A DNA stretch of 64,000 nt from an uncultured delta proteobacterium (GTDB lineage Bacteria; Myxococcota; Kuafuiibacteriia; Kuafuiibacteriales; Kuafuiibacteriaceae), in the NCBI GenBank assembly GCA_963803435.1, contig CAWDML010000009.1, positions 1,696,001-1,760,000 of the forward strand, given 5' to 3'. Shown piece by piece: positions 31,706 through 41,966 of this stretch (positions are counted from its first letter, which is position 1; each line of letters begins with the position of its first letter). A program made the position numbers and the translations under genes. Below the pieces are notes generated by a model, which was not told the DNA's origin, searched no databases, and saw only the letters and a program-made list of their open reading frames with translations.

Positions 31706-32720
31706 TCCGGCCCCCCTCGAAGCGGGCGAGCAGCGCCAGGAAGAACGGCGCGCCCATCAGCCCGGAGAGGATGCCCACGGGGAGCTCCTCGGGCGCCATC
31801 ACGGTCCGGGCGATGGTGTCGAGCGCCAGGAGCAAGGCCGCGCCGAAGATCCCCGCCGCCGGGAGCAAGCGCCGGTGATCGGGTCCAGTGAAGGGACGGA
31901 GCGCGTGCGGAACGATCAAGCCGATGAAGCCGATCGCCCCAGCGAACGCGACCAGCGCGCCGGTGACCACCGCCGCCAGACCGATCAGCCAGCGGCGCGC
32001 GCGCGCCACGTCGAGCCCGATCGCGGTGGCCGCCTCGTCGCCCAGCAGCAGCACCGTCTGCCAGCGGGCGGTCACCGCCAGCGCCGCGGTCGCGGGGAGC
32101 GCCAGGGCGGCGGCCCAGCCCAGCCCGCTCCACTCGGCGCCGCCCAGCCCACCCATCAACCAGAACATCACGCCGCGGACCGCCGTCGCCTCCGGCACCA
32201 GGTACAAGAGGAAGCCGGTCACCGCCGAGGCGAACGAGCTGAGCGCGACGCCGGCGAGCAAGAGGCGGAGCGGCGGCAACCGGCCATCCACCTTGGCCAC
32301 GCGGTACACCACGATCACCGACACCAGCGCGGTCGCGAATGCGAGCAGGGCACCACCGCCGGCGGCGACGACCGCCGAGCCCGCGATCACCGCCAGCGCC
32401 GCGCCGACGGACGCGCCAGCCGAGATCCCGAGGATGTACGGATCGGCCAGCGGGTTCCGCATGACCGCCTGGAGCGTGGCACCGACGATCGCGAGGCAGC
32501 CGCCCACCAGGATCGATCCCGCGATGCGCGGGAGGCGGATCTCCAGAAGGATCTGGCGCATCGACGGCGGGGCCCGATCGAAGAGCACGTCCGAGACCGA
32601 GACGTGGGCAGCGCCGACCGTGAGCGCGAGGACCGCACCGATCACCAGCGCGGCCGCACCGGCCGAGAGCAGGATCGCGTACCCGCCTGGTGAGAGCCGC
32701 CGATCGAACGGTCGGGTCAT
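31698..32720 (-). CDS. FecCD/BtuC-family ABC permease
   Basis: IRLPR, RNPLADPYILGISAGA, FWLMG, LGDEAA, GAIGFIGLIVPH, ELPVG, GAPFFL. Confidence 0.93.
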   Translation of the reverse strand: MTRPFDRRLSPGGYAILLSAGAAALVIGAVLALTVGAAHVSVSDVLFDRAPPSMRQILLEIRLPRIAGSILVGGCLAIVGATLQAVMRNPLADPYILGISAGASVGAALAVIAGSAVVAAGGGALLAFATALVSVIVVYRVAKVDGRLPPLRLLLAGVALSSFASAVTGFLLYLVPEATAVRGVMFWLMGGLGGAEWSGLGWAAALALPATAALAVTARWQTVLLLGDEAATAIGLDVARARRWLIGLAAVVTGALVAFAGAIGFIGLIVPHALRPFTGPDHRRLLPAAGIFGAALLLALDTIARTVMAPEELPVGILSGLMGAPFFLALLARFEGGRSE

Positions 32721-32742
32721 CGCCCCGCACGCCGGTTGCGTA

Positions 32743-33324
32743 TCAACGGTACCTCACGACCATGGACCCCTTCGCGAGATCATCGGGAAGCGCTCGCCGA
32801 ACCCGCTCGGCCGCATCGTCACTGCCGTAGCTGCCGACCCGGACACGATACCAGCCGCCCTTGTGTCCCTTCGAGGGGACCAGGTGGATCGGAAGCGAGG
32901 CCAGTGGATCGGGGTGCGCGCGCACGAAGGCGAGCGCCTCGTCGCGGCCCGGGAACGCGCCGAGCTGGATCCCGTACCGCCCCGCCGGAGCGCGGCTCTT
33001 CAGATCCAGCTCGGCGAGCTTTGGAGGCGGCGCGGCCGGCGTCTCGAGCGTGGACGGCGGCGGCGGTGTCTCCTGCGCCACGGGGGGCTCGGGAGGTGCA
33101 GGCGGTTCGTCGACGTCGAGGGCGTCCAGCACCCCTTGCGTCGAGACCGGGGCCGGCGCCTCCGCGGTCCACCGTCCCAGCGACCAGCCGAGGAGAAAGA
33201 TCAACAAGGCGAGGGCCGCGCCGGCGCCCGCGCCGATCCAGAGCGCGTTCCGCGGGAGCGTGACGGCGATGGTGTCGCGCCGCGGCCGGGCGACGTGCGC
33301 GCGATGGACCGCCTCCGACCTCAT
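32743..33324 (-). CDS. SPOR domain membrane protein
   Basis: TM, Pro-rich linker, YGIQLGAF and WYRVRVGSY motifs; ATGA overlap with upstream gene. Confidence 0.85.
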   Translation of the reverse strand: MRSEAVHRAHVARPRRDTIAVTLPRNALWIGAGAGAALALLIFLLGWSLGRWTAEAPAPVSTQGVLDALDVDEPPAPPEPPVAQETPPPPSTLETPAAPPPKLAELDLKSRAPAGRYGIQLGAFPGRDEALAFVRAHPDPLASLPIHLVPSKGHKGGWYRVRVGSYGSDDAAERVRRALPDDLAKGSMVVRYR

Positions 33325-35672
33325 CGCGTCGCTCGAAGGAGGTAGATCGCGCCGGACTCCATGTTGCCCACCACCAGATCGTCGACGCCGTCGCCGTCCA
33401 CATCGGCGCAGGCCATCGGCCCGCCAACCCCGCCTCCCGGGAGCGCGCGCTCGTCGGGGGGATCGAGGAGACCGCCACGACCATCGCCCGAGAAGATGTA
33501 GACCGTACCGCGCTCGCGGGTCGCGAGGGCCACGTCGAGGTTGTCGTCGCCGTTGAAGTCTCCGGTGCACATCCCGTCGGGCTGGAAGTCGAGCTGATGT
33601 CGCCGGCAACCGCCTACGCTGGGCGTGCGGAGATCGAAGACCGATTCCTGGCCGTCGGTGTAATAGACGCCCAGGCAGCCCGCCGCCGTCTGTCCCTCGG
33701 GCAGCGCGCGCCAGATGGGACACGACATCCCGAAGTTGGATCCCTCGAGACACGGCGCACGCGCGTACCAGGCGACGTCCGCCCGGTGGGGATCGTTGTT
33801 CTCCTCCTCGGAGACGTAGTCGAGATCGAGGATCGCAGCCCCATGGATCGGCGCGTTGATGATCGGCTCGCCCTTCCACACGAAGGAGCTCGAGGCCGGC
33901 TTCGCCTCGAGCAGCTCCAGGCCTCCGATCGAGGGCGCGACGATGTCCCAATCCTGTGCCGACTTGAGGGGTCCGGCCGCCAGCGCGAAGGGGAGCACGG
34001 GAGCGTCCGTGTCGCCGACGTAGATCCGATCCGGAACCTTGCAGTTGCAGCCGTCATGTCCGGTGCAACCGTTGCCGTGCTCCGTGTCGAGGCACGCGCA
34101 GGTCGAGACCTCCGGGTTGATGTTGTCGCAGGACAGCTGCTCGAGCTGACAGCCACCCTTGTTGTACGTGACCAGCCCTTGCGGCCGGTTCTCCGAGATC
34201 AAGAGATCGATCATCTTGTCCCGGGCCACGCAGACGCCCGGCTCGTTCGTGTTGTTGCAGTCCGAGCACTCGCACCGCTCGGCCGGCGGGCACCCGCCCA
34301 CCTCGGGCGTGGTGGCGTTGGTCGGCAGGCAGCGGTTGGCGCGGCTGCACGGATGCGTGTTCCGGCTCCGGCCCTGTGCCGCCATCGCGATGCCGGCGTA
34401 CGACGTCCTCGAGGAGTGGAACGCGGACAGCCCGATCGCGTTCGAGCCGGTCATCGTGTTCCGGCTGTCGAGCTTCATCCCGCCTGCGTCCTCGCCGAAG
34501 ATCAGGATCTCCGCGCCCTCGCACTGGCTGCTCTGACAGTCGGCGCGCCGGCTGTTCACGAACGCGAGCTCGTCCCGACCCGCGGGCGGCGCGAAGTCTC
34601 CGATCACCAGGCCGGCCGGCAGGACCCCGAACCCCGCGGGCGGCGGCGTGACCGTCGCCTGCTGCGCGCTCGTGCCCAGGTCCATCACCACGGCCAGGAC
34701 GCTCTGCCCGAACGGCGCGCCGGGCGAAAGGCCCGCCGCACAGGCCTGCTCGCTGGTGCCGTCACATCCGAGCGCCGCCAGGTCCAGGCCCGCACCGCCG
34801 CCGAGATTGCCGAGGGCCAGCGCGATCGGCCGGGTCCCATCGAGCGCACCGATCGTCACCGACATGCCGTCCCCGACCGGCTCCGTCACGCTGACGCTGA
34901 ACGTCTGCTCGGAGCGAGCGCCGCCGCCGATCTCATCCAGATCGGGGGCGTGCGCGACGATCTGTCCGTTCCCGGAGCGCGCGGGGAGCTGCACGCGGAC
35001 CGAGGCCCGGCCGGTCGCATCGGTGTACGTCCTCGCATCCGAGAGCAGCACGAAATCGTCCATCACGCTGGTGAAGTCCACCGGAACACCCGGGATGAGG
35101 TACGTGCCTCCGATGCCGTTCGGCGAGTCGGCCTCGACGCGTACGCTGAGCGGCACCGACAGCTCCTGCCCGGCACGTCCGACCTGACGGTCGCCGGCGT
35201 TCTTCACCATCCGCGCGCTCTCGGGGAGCACCAGCTTCATCTCGATCTCGACGTCGAGGTGCTCCTTCTTCTTGCCCTCCGAATCGAAGCGGTCGGTGCA
35301 GCCCTCCAGGACAGGCGTCGCGTCTTCTTCGGTGGTGGCGTACCCGAGCACGTAGATGATCTGGCGGCCGGTGGGCACCTTGTCCAGCTCGAGCTTGTCG
35401 ATCCAGTCCGGGCTGCAAGGATCGAGGCACTGGTAGTCGCCGCGGATGGGCGTCCCGATCGGATCTTTTCCCTCGCGCGCCAGGTTCTCGAAGTCGGTGC
35501 AGTCGCGATCGGTGGCGGTGGCCGCGCCGGTGTCCGGGCTGTAGGCCTCGACGCGAAGGCGCCGCACGGACGACTGGCTGGCGGCGTTCGGAAACACGAT
35601 GGCGACGCTGGTCTCTCCGGAGCCGCAGGCCACGAGGAACAACAGCGGGGACGCGGCCAGGATCCGTCTCAT
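33321..35672 (-). CDS. Cys-rich lipoprotein with Ig-like domain and FG-GAP/VCBS repeats
   Basis: LVAC lipobox; GDRQVGRAGQEL..PLSVRV Ig-like start; GDFNGDDNLDVA and ADVDGDGVDDLVV repeats. Confidence 0.78.
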   Translation of the reverse strand: MRRILAASPLLFLVACGSGETSVAIVFPNAASQSSVRRLRVEAYSPDTGAATATDRDCTDFENLAREGKDPIGTPIRGDYQCLDPCSPDWIDKLELDKVPTGRQIIYVLGYATTEEDATPVLEGCTDRFDSEGKKKEHLDVEIEMKLVLPESARMVKNAGDRQVGRAGQELSVPLSVRVEADSPNGIGGTYLIPGVPVDFTSVMDDFVLLSDARTYTDATGRASVRVQLPARSGNGQIVAHAPDLDEIGGGARSEQTFSVSVTEPVGDGMSVTIGALDGTRPIALALGNLGGGAGLDLAALGCDGTSEQACAAGLSPGAPFGQSVLAVVMDLGTSAQQATVTPPPAGFGVLPAGLVIGDFAPPAGRDELAFVNSRRADCQSSQCEGAEILIFGEDAGGMKLDSRNTMTGSNAIGLSAFHSSRTSYAGIAMAAQGRSRNTHPCSRANRCLPTNATTPEVGGCPPAERCECSDCNNTNEPGVCVARDKMIDLLISENRPQGLVTYNKGGCQLEQLSCDNINPEVSTCACLDTEHGNGCTGHDGCNCKVPDRIYVGDTDAPVLPFALAAGPLKSAQDWDIVAPSIGGLELLEAKPASSSFVWKGEPIINAPIHGAAILDLDYVSEEENNDPHRADVAWYARAPCLEGSNFGMSCPIWRALPEGQTAAGCLGVYYTDGQESVFDLRTPSVGGCRRHQLDFQPDGMCTGDFNGDDNLDVALATRERGTVYIFSGDGRGGLLDPPDERALPGGGVGGPMACADVDGDGVDDLVVGNMESGAIYLLRATR

Positions 35673-35679
35673 CGATCGA

Positions 35680-37995
35680 TCACTCCGCGCCCGGCGTATA
35701 CCACCGGAGTCGGTTGTCGCCACCCTGCTTGCAGACCACCGCCACGTCCGTCTTGCCGTCATTGTCGAAGTCCGGGAGGGCGAAGTCGCGCAGCGGGTTG
35801 CACTTGTCCTGAGAGGACGACGACAGCTCGCACTGCGACAGCACGATCCCCTTCTCGACCTCGCCGAGGCCACGGTTGCTGGCGCCCAGCCACACGTGAA
35901 CCTCTTCGCTCGATCCGAAGAGCACCGCCAGATCTTCATGACCGTCGGCGTTGAAATCACCGACCTCGGCCGTGCGCGGATCGCGCGGATCCCCCTGCCC
36001 GGCCAGCTTCCGCGGGATCAGCTCCACGTTCGTCCCGAGCGTGGAGAAGAGATCCTCCTCGAGACAGACGTCGTTCGGCGTGCCGTAGATGACGCGGATC
36101 GTCCCCGGATCGTCGAAGCTCCCCCCGCCCAGCGACTTGGCGGCCACCACCACCACGTCGTCGAACGGGCAGGGCTCGATCGCCGGGTTGCACTGGAAGT
36201 GCCCCCGCACCACGTCGCGCACGGGCACCAGATCGCCGAAGCGGCAGGGCTGGCCGCACGAGAGCGCCGAGTCGCCGCCCTCCAGATCCTGGGCGTACTT
36301 CACGAACGCACCGCCCGGCGCGCCGATCACCAGGTCGACCGAGCCCGTCTCGGATCCTCCGAAGTTGATCAGCTCGAACGTCGAGGGCGCCTGGGCGAAG
36401 AGCCCGCAGGCGCAGCCCTGGGGTGAGTAGAGCCCGGGGCCGGTGTTCCGGGCCGAGAAGTACGTCGTCAGCGGCAGGTCCGCGTTGGTGGCGAGGGCGA
36501 GATCGGCCAGGCCGTCGCCGTCGATGTCCTTGTGCGAGATGCTGACCTCGGTCTGGAACTCGACCTTCAACCGGCACGCCACCGGCGCGGTCATGCATCG
36601 ATTGAACCCCGAGGCGCAGATCTCGCCGGTCCCGCAGCCCCCGGTCGCGCAGCTCGAGAGCGAGCCGCAGAACCACGTGCCGCAGTCCTCCGCGATCACC
36701 CCAGTGGCGCCGTCGTGCGGATGAAGCGCGGTGCCGTCCCAGGTGTACAGGTAGAGCTTGAGCTGGTCGTTCGCCGACGTCACCACGGCCAGCACCGGCT
36801 GCCGCTGGTTCCGCTCGTCGTAGTAGAAGCCTTGGACGGCACGCGGGGTCTCGTCCATGTACGTGTACCGGATCTCGTCCTCGGTTCCGGGCACCGTCGG
36901 GTTCACCACCGAGAGATACGCGTTCTGGCCGTCGTCGTAGAGGATCGCGACGAAGTCCGGACCGTCGCCGCCGGGGAGCAGGGCCATCTTCTGCGGCTCG
37001 ATCCCCGTCATCAGACGTCGCTCGTTGCCGCAGTTGAACTTGGCGACGGGATCGACGCACTGCACGTCGAAGCGCACCGGGTTGGCGCTGCTCCCCATGA
37101 TCTGGGCCTCGACGCCGATGGGCGTCTCGCAGCCGTCCACGGAGAGCTGACCGCGCGCCACCCCCTTGGGGTTCGTCAGCACGACCTGCGACTTCGGCGT
37201 GCTCCCCCCGCCGGGCTGATCGATCGTGAAGAGGATCGGCACGTTGCGGAGATCGTTCAGCTCGTCGCACGGCTGCTGGCACTGGAAGCACTCCGAGGAG
37301 AGCGGCGCGTCGTCGCAGCGGACGGTCTCCACGCACACCGCCGGGCCCGGCGACACCTGCTGATTCCTCGGCGAGGTCAGATCCTGGACCGTGCACGCCG
37401 CCAGGTGGAACTCGGGGGTCACGACGGGCTTCAGATCCACCGACCGCTCGCGCTCGTCACCGTTCTCCCCGCCCAGCATCGGGCACGCCGCCTTCACCTC
37501 GGCGTCGAGACGCCGATCCGTGTGGCCGCCGTCGAGGGTCCGCACGCAGTAGCAGGCCGCCAGGAGCGTCGCGGAGATCTGACCACCGCCCTGCTCCTCG
37601 GGCGCCCGCACGTCACCGCGCGCCTCGATGTACACGAGCACCGCGCCCCAGGGGTTGTTGGGGTCGTCGCCGCTCACGTTCGGGACGTCGATGCTCCAGT
37701 CGCCGCTGAAGGGGAAGGTCTGACTCTCCCGCTCGCGGAGCACCTCGCCCAGGTTCGGGAAGGTCCCAATCGTCTCGGGATCCAGGAGCCGCGTCGGCGG
37801 GAAGACGCCGACCTTGTCGCAGCCGACGAACTCGGGGACATCGCTGTCCGGCTTCACCAGGATCGGCGCGTACGCGGTGAACGCCACCACGGTGGTCGCG
37901 TCCAGGGCGGCCTGCGACGGGAAGTAGAGGGTCACCTCCTCCGCGGCGCCCTTGCAGCCGGTGGCGAGACACAGAACCAGGACCAGGCGTCGCAT
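35680..37995 (-). CDS. Cys-rich lipoprotein with FG-GAP/VCBS repeats
   Basis: ATGC lipobox; DIDGDGLADLA, GDFNADGHEDLAV, DFDNDGKTDVAV. Confidence 0.78.
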   Translation of the reverse strand: MRRLVLVLCLATGCKGAAEEVTLYFPSQAALDATTVVAFTAYAPILVKPDSDVPEFVGCDKVGVFPPTRLLDPETIGTFPNLGEVLRERESQTFPFSGDWSIDVPNVSGDDPNNPWGAVLVYIEARGDVRAPEEQGGGQISATLLAACYCVRTLDGGHTDRRLDAEVKAACPMLGGENGDERERSVDLKPVVTPEFHLAACTVQDLTSPRNQQVSPGPAVCVETVRCDDAPLSSECFQCQQPCDELNDLRNVPILFTIDQPGGGSTPKSQVVLTNPKGVARGQLSVDGCETPIGVEAQIMGSSANPVRFDVQCVDPVAKFNCGNERRLMTGIEPQKMALLPGGDGPDFVAILYDDGQNAYLSVVNPTVPGTEDEIRYTYMDETPRAVQGFYYDERNQRQPVLAVVTSANDQLKLYLYTWDGTALHPHDGATGVIAEDCGTWFCGSLSSCATGGCGTGEICASGFNRCMTAPVACRLKVEFQTEVSISHKDIDGDGLADLALATNADLPLTTYFSARNTGPGLYSPQGCACGLFAQAPSTFELINFGGSETGSVDLVIGAPGGAFVKYAQDLEGGDSALSCGQPCRFGDLVPVRDVVRGHFQCNPAIEPCPFDDVVVVAAKSLGGGSFDDPGTIRVIYGTPNDVCLEEDLFSTLGTNVELIPRKLAGQGDPRDPRTAEVGDFNADGHEDLAVLFGSSEEVHVWLGASNRGLGEVEKGIVLSQCELSSSSQDKCNPLRDFALPDFDNDGKTDVAVVCKQGGDNRLRWYTPGAE

Positions 37996-37996
37996 C

Positions 37997-38860
37997 TCAC
38001 CCTCCGCCCACCACGCCGCCATTTTTGATCCGGAGGGTGGTGGTGTCGCCGCCGCCGTTCGTCGCCACGACCGCCAGCGCCACGCCCCCGATCACCGCCG
38101 CGCCGATGGCGGTCCAGAACCACCACTGGCTGGCAACGCCGCCGCCGCCCTCCTCGTAGGGTGCGACCTTGAACTCGAGGGGCTTCTTGACGCTGCCCTC
38201 CTCATCGAGGGTCCCCTCCCAGCGATCGATGGCGCGGATGAAGTACTCCATCTCGTAGCCCTTCTCGTCCGGGGGTACGGAGAGGGCCGGGATGACGACG
38301 GAGACGTTCTCGTCCGCGCGAGCGGTCACGACCGTATAGATCTTGATCCCCTTCCTCCGGAAGTAGACCTGGATCTGATCGACCAGCCGAAGCGGATCGA
38401 CGACCTTCACCGGGAGCGACACCGGCGCGTTCGCCTGCACCTCGCCGGGCGCCGTGTGGACCAGCTTCAGCTCGCGCCGCTCCACCGGCACGCGTTTGGC
38501 GTCGTCGAAGCAGTTCTTGATCTTGGGAGGGACGTCCGCAGGCATCGCGTACTCGGGATCGAGCGCCAGGAGGATCTCGAAGGCGCGCTGGCAGCGCTCG
38601 CGCTCGGCGTTGACCGCGTCGACGAAGGCTTTCAAGCGATAGATCTCCGCCAGATCCCAGCGGCAGTTCTTCGCGTATTCGATCGCGCGCTGGAGGGTGC
38701 GGGCCGCCCGATCGAACTCCAGACGATCGTACTCGTCCTTCGCGCGGGACAGGTGGGGGTTCGACCGACACTCCGCCTGCGAGCTCTGAGCCGCCGCCGG
38801 GCGCGGCGCCCAGGTCGCGATCGATGCCAGGACCAAGATCAGGACGCCCGTTTTCCGCAC
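37997..38860 (-). CDS. secreted TPR + Ig-like protein with a C-terminal hydrophobic segment
   Basis: Signal ending AAA; TPR-like helices (LLALDPEY...PPKI); WWFWTAIGAAVIGG tail. Confidence 0.72.
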   Translation of the reverse strand: MRKTGVLILVLASIATWAPRPAAAQSSQAECRSNPHLSRAKDEYDRLEFDRAARTLQRAIEYAKNCRWDLAEIYRLKAFVDAVNAERERCQRAFEILLALDPEYAMPADVPPKIKNCFDDAKRVPVERRELKLVHTAPGEVQANAPVSLPVKVVDPLRLVDQIQVYFRRKGIKIYTVVTARADENVSVVIPALSVPPDEKGYEMEYFIRAIDRWEGTLDEEGSVKKPLEFKVAPYEEGGGGVASQWWFWTAIGAAVIGGVALAVVATNGGGDTTTLRIKNGGVVGGG

Positions 38861-38930
38861 GATGCACACGACCTTACCTTGAGGAAGGCTCACCTGGAAG
38901 AGTCGGCCTTTCGTGGCTACAATCGCGCCC

Positions 38931-40223
38931 ATGTCTTGGCTGCTCCGACTCTCGGGCGCGTTCGCCATCGTCTCATCGGTTGTACTCGTGGCGGTCGCGG
39001 TCGGGCCCGGGTGCCAGACACGCTGCAACAACAACTTCGACTGCGGCAACGGCGACGGGTACTGCAACGTGGGCCTGGGCCGCTGCGAGACGCAGTGTTT
39101 CACGGATCAGGACTGCCGGATGCCGCCGGAGTGCCAGAGCAACCCGCTCAACTGCCGGCCCAACGGGTTCCGCTGCAACGGCCTCGGCCGCTGCGTCGGC
39201 AAGTTCTCCTTCAACCGCGTGGGCGCCACCACCGCGGTGCCGGTCGATACGGTCCCGACCGAGATCGACGGCTGGGATGATCCGCCGGGATCGGGCCGCG
39301 CCTTCATCGTCAACCAGATCGCGATCGCCGGAAAGGACCGCGGCTTCGACATCGACGGCAGCTGCACCGACAACGACGGCTGCATCGACAACTTCCTCTG
39401 GCGCCTGGGCGAGCTGGGCAACGATCAGATCCGCCAGGGTCTGCTCGGCGGCGAGTCGCTGCTCCTCATCGAGCTGGCGGGGCTCGACGAGCCGTACCGC
39501 GGCGAGGACGACTCGGTGACCGTGAAGATCTACGGCGCTCGCGACGCCGACGATCCGTTCTTCCCGGCGAACAACTTCAAGGTGCCCCCGGGCCGCACGA
39601 CCTGCTGCGAGTTCAAGATCAACCCGCAGTCGCTGAACAGCCCGCCGCCGCAGGCCCGGGCCCGTGCGCCGGCCCGCATCGAGCGGGGCCGCCTGCGCTC
39701 GCTCGCGCCCGTCCCGATCCAGTTCACGCTGACGGTCGGCGTGCCGCCGCACCCCGAGATCCGGCTGGAGCGCGTGCTGATCTCGGGCCGCATCCCCTCG
39801 ACGTTGAAGGAGTTCAACGAGGGCCTGCTCGGTGGCGCCGTCCCGATCAACACGCTCGCACAGACCGAGAACCCTTACTGCAAGACGGTCAGCCCCCGCT
39901 GTCCGGTGCAATTCACGGACTCCACGCTGATCGACCTGGTCAGCACGCTGCTCGGCCCCCGGCCCGACGTCGATCTCGACTTCGACGGGATCGAGTGCGT
40001 CCGGGACACCAATGGCGACGGCGCCATCGACCTCTGCTGCAACGGCGAGGTCGGCGTCGACAACTGCTCGAGCGCCTTGACCTCGTGCCCGGGACGGGAG
40101 GTCGCTCCCATCAACCCGTCTCAACCATGGTCCTGTGCGCTCCATCCCGACATCGCCGACGGCTACTCGGTCGGCATCACGTTCAACGCCGTGGCAGCCA
40201 CGATCGTCGGCGTCGGCCAGTGA
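38931..40223 (+). CDS. Cys-rich exported protein/lipoprotein
   Basis: Hydrophobic leader + GPGC; C..N.DC...C repeats; GFDIDG...CIDN; PDVDLDFDG. Confidence 0.75.
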   Translation: MSWLLRLSGAFAIVSSVVLVAVAVGPGCQTRCNNNFDCGNGDGYCNVGLGRCETQCFTDQDCRMPPECQSNPLNCRPNGFRCNGLGRCVGKFSFNRVGATTAVPVDTVPTEIDGWDDPPGSGRAFIVNQIAIAGKDRGFDIDGSCTDNDGCIDNFLWRLGELGNDQIRQGLLGGESLLLIELAGLDEPYRGEDDSVTVKIYGARDADDPFFPANNFKVPPGRTTCCEFKINPQSLNSPPPQARARAPARIERGRLRSLAPVPIQFTLTVGVPPHPEIRLERVLISGRIPSTLKEFNEGLLGGAVPINTLAQTENPYCKTVSPRCPVQFTDSTLIDLVSTLLGPRPDVDLDFDGIECVRDTNGDGAIDLCCNGEVGVDNCSSALTSCPGREVAPINPSQPWSCALHPDIADGYSVGITFNAVAATIVGVGQ

Positions 40224-41359
40224 GCATCCGCGGGCCCCTCGCGACCGTCCTCCTGGTGCTGGCGACCTCGCCGGCCCACGCCGAGGACAAGCTGCCCATC
40301 GCGGTCATGGAGCTGGCCGGGCGCGGTGTGGACGAGGCCTTCGCCGGCGCCCTCACCACCGAGGTCAGCAACACGATCGCGGCCCTGCGCGTGTTCCGGG
40401 TGATCACGCGCGAGGACATCAAGCGGATGCTGCAGCTCGAGCAGACCAAGCAGCAGTGCACCGGCACGGTGGACGCAGCCTGCATGGCCGAGATCGGCGG
40501 CGCGCTGGGCGTGGAGTATCTCGTCTACGGCGAGGTGGCGAAGATCGCGGACACGTACAGCCTCAGCATCGTCCTGCTCGACATCAACAAGGCGCAGGCC
40601 GCCAACCGCGTGAACAAGAAGATCGCCAACGCACGCGATCTGCTCGACGAGACCGAGCTCTCCACGAAGCTGCTGGTCCAGCCGCTCCTCGCCGACAAGA
40701 AGGGCTTCCTGATCGTCGAGACCCGCGAGACCGGCGCCAAGGTCTCGATCGACGATCGCCTGGTGGGCCTCACGCCGCTGGCGGGCCGGCTCGAGCTCTC
40801 GATGGGCGCCCATCAGATGCAGGTCGAGAAGGAGGGGTTCCTCGTCTGGGCGAAGACCATCGACGTGACCCCGAACCAGGCGAACGTCGAGCAGGTCGCC
40901 ATGGTGCCGAGCCAGGGCTTCATCGAACAGTACCGGTCGACGGCGCAGATCACGCGTATCTTCGCCTGGACCACGGCGGGGCTGGGCGCAGCTCTGATCG
41001 GGACGAGCGTGGTGCTCAAGCTGGTGGGCGACGCTCGCTTCGACGATCTGATCTCGAAGGGCTATCTCACGCAGCAGGCGAGCGTCTGCGCCGAAGCGAA
41101 CCCGAACTACAACGGCACCGACTTCTGCCCCACTCCGCGCGGCTACGAGAATGGCGTGGTCGGCGACGTGAACTCGATCGAGACCTCCGACACGGTGGCG
41201 CTCGCCGTCGGGATCACGGGCGGTGTGAGTGCGTTGGTGTCGGCCATCCTCTTCCTCGTGGGCGAGGACCCGGATCGATACAAGGCGTACGGCACCAGCA
41301 CTCAGACCACAGCGCTCGTTCCGGTACCCGGTGGGATCGGTTTCCAGGCCAGTTTCTAG
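40220..41359 (+). CDS. PEGA domain protein with an N-terminal TolB_N/CsgG-like domain
   Basis: Signal AHA; C....CMAEIGGALGVEYLVYGEV; GAKVSIDDRLVGLTP..GAHQMQVEKEGF (PEGA); ends in Phe. Confidence 0.82.
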   Translation: MSIRGPLATVLLVLATSPAHAEDKLPIAVMELAGRGVDEAFAGALTTEVSNTIAALRVFRVITREDIKRMLQLEQTKQQCTGTVDAACMAEIGGALGVEYLVYGEVAKIADTYSLSIVLLDINKAQAANRVNKKIANARDLLDETELSTKLLVQPLLADKKGFLIVETRETGAKVSIDDRLVGLTPLAGRLELSMGAHQMQVEKEGFLVWAKTIDVTPNQANVEQVAMVPSQGFIEQYRSTAQITRIFAWTTAGLGAALIGTSVVLKLVGDARFDDLISKGYLTQQASVCAEANPNYNGTDFCPTPRGYENGVVGDVNSIETSDTVALAVGITGGVSALVSAILFLVGEDPDRYKAYGTSTQTTALVPVPGGIGFQASF

Positions 41360-41374
41360 TATTCTGGCGGCGAA

Positions 41375-41881
41375 ATGCGAAACGCGGCGCTCTGTGTCGT
41401 CCTGCTGCTCTCCGCCTGTAACAGCGCGAGCGGCGACGACGAACCGATGTTCGACCTCCCTCAGATCCTGGCCGACAACTCCCCGATCTGTCTGTCGTAC
41501 GAGCCGACCACGCTCGACGAGACGCGCAACTATACCGCGCTGCTCCGCAACGACGGCCGCCAGCAGCTCGTGATCAGCGACGGCGAGATCACCGAGGACG
41601 AGCGGGGCCACTTCGAGCTGGTCGGCATCGAGCCGAAGCAGGTCGACACATTCGACAGCGCCGCCACGATGCTCCGCTACAAGCCGACGGCCGAGGGCTG
41701 GGACACCGCGCTCCTGACGATCAACTCGAACGCGCAAAATTATCCGTCCTACCGGATCTTCATCCTCGCGCTGGGAAGGCCGGCCGGCGTGGACGACACC
41801 TGGGATCCGGGACCGAAGCCCGCCGAGGCGGGCACGGGAGACGACGAGGCCTGCAAGAACGACTACAAGCCGCGGCAGTAG
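41375..41881 (+). CDS. lipoprotein with an Ig-like domain
   Basis: LSAC lipobox; LRNDG..LVI, Y.PT..G..TA.LTI.SN pattern. Confidence 0.7.
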   Translation: MRNAALCVVLLLSACNSASGDDEPMFDLPQILADNSPICLSYEPTTLDETRNYTALLRNDGRQQLVISDGEITEDERGHFELVGIEPKQVDTFDSAATMLRYKPTAEGWDTALLTINSNAQNYPSYRIFILALGRPAGVDDTWDPGPKPAEAGTGDDEACKNDYKPRQ

Positions 41882-41966
41882 ATCATCGCCTGTGGAGATG
41901 CGCCTCGGATCGCGGCGCTGGTAGAGCGAGCCGGGTCCGGTACGCGGACTGCACAACGTACGCAAG

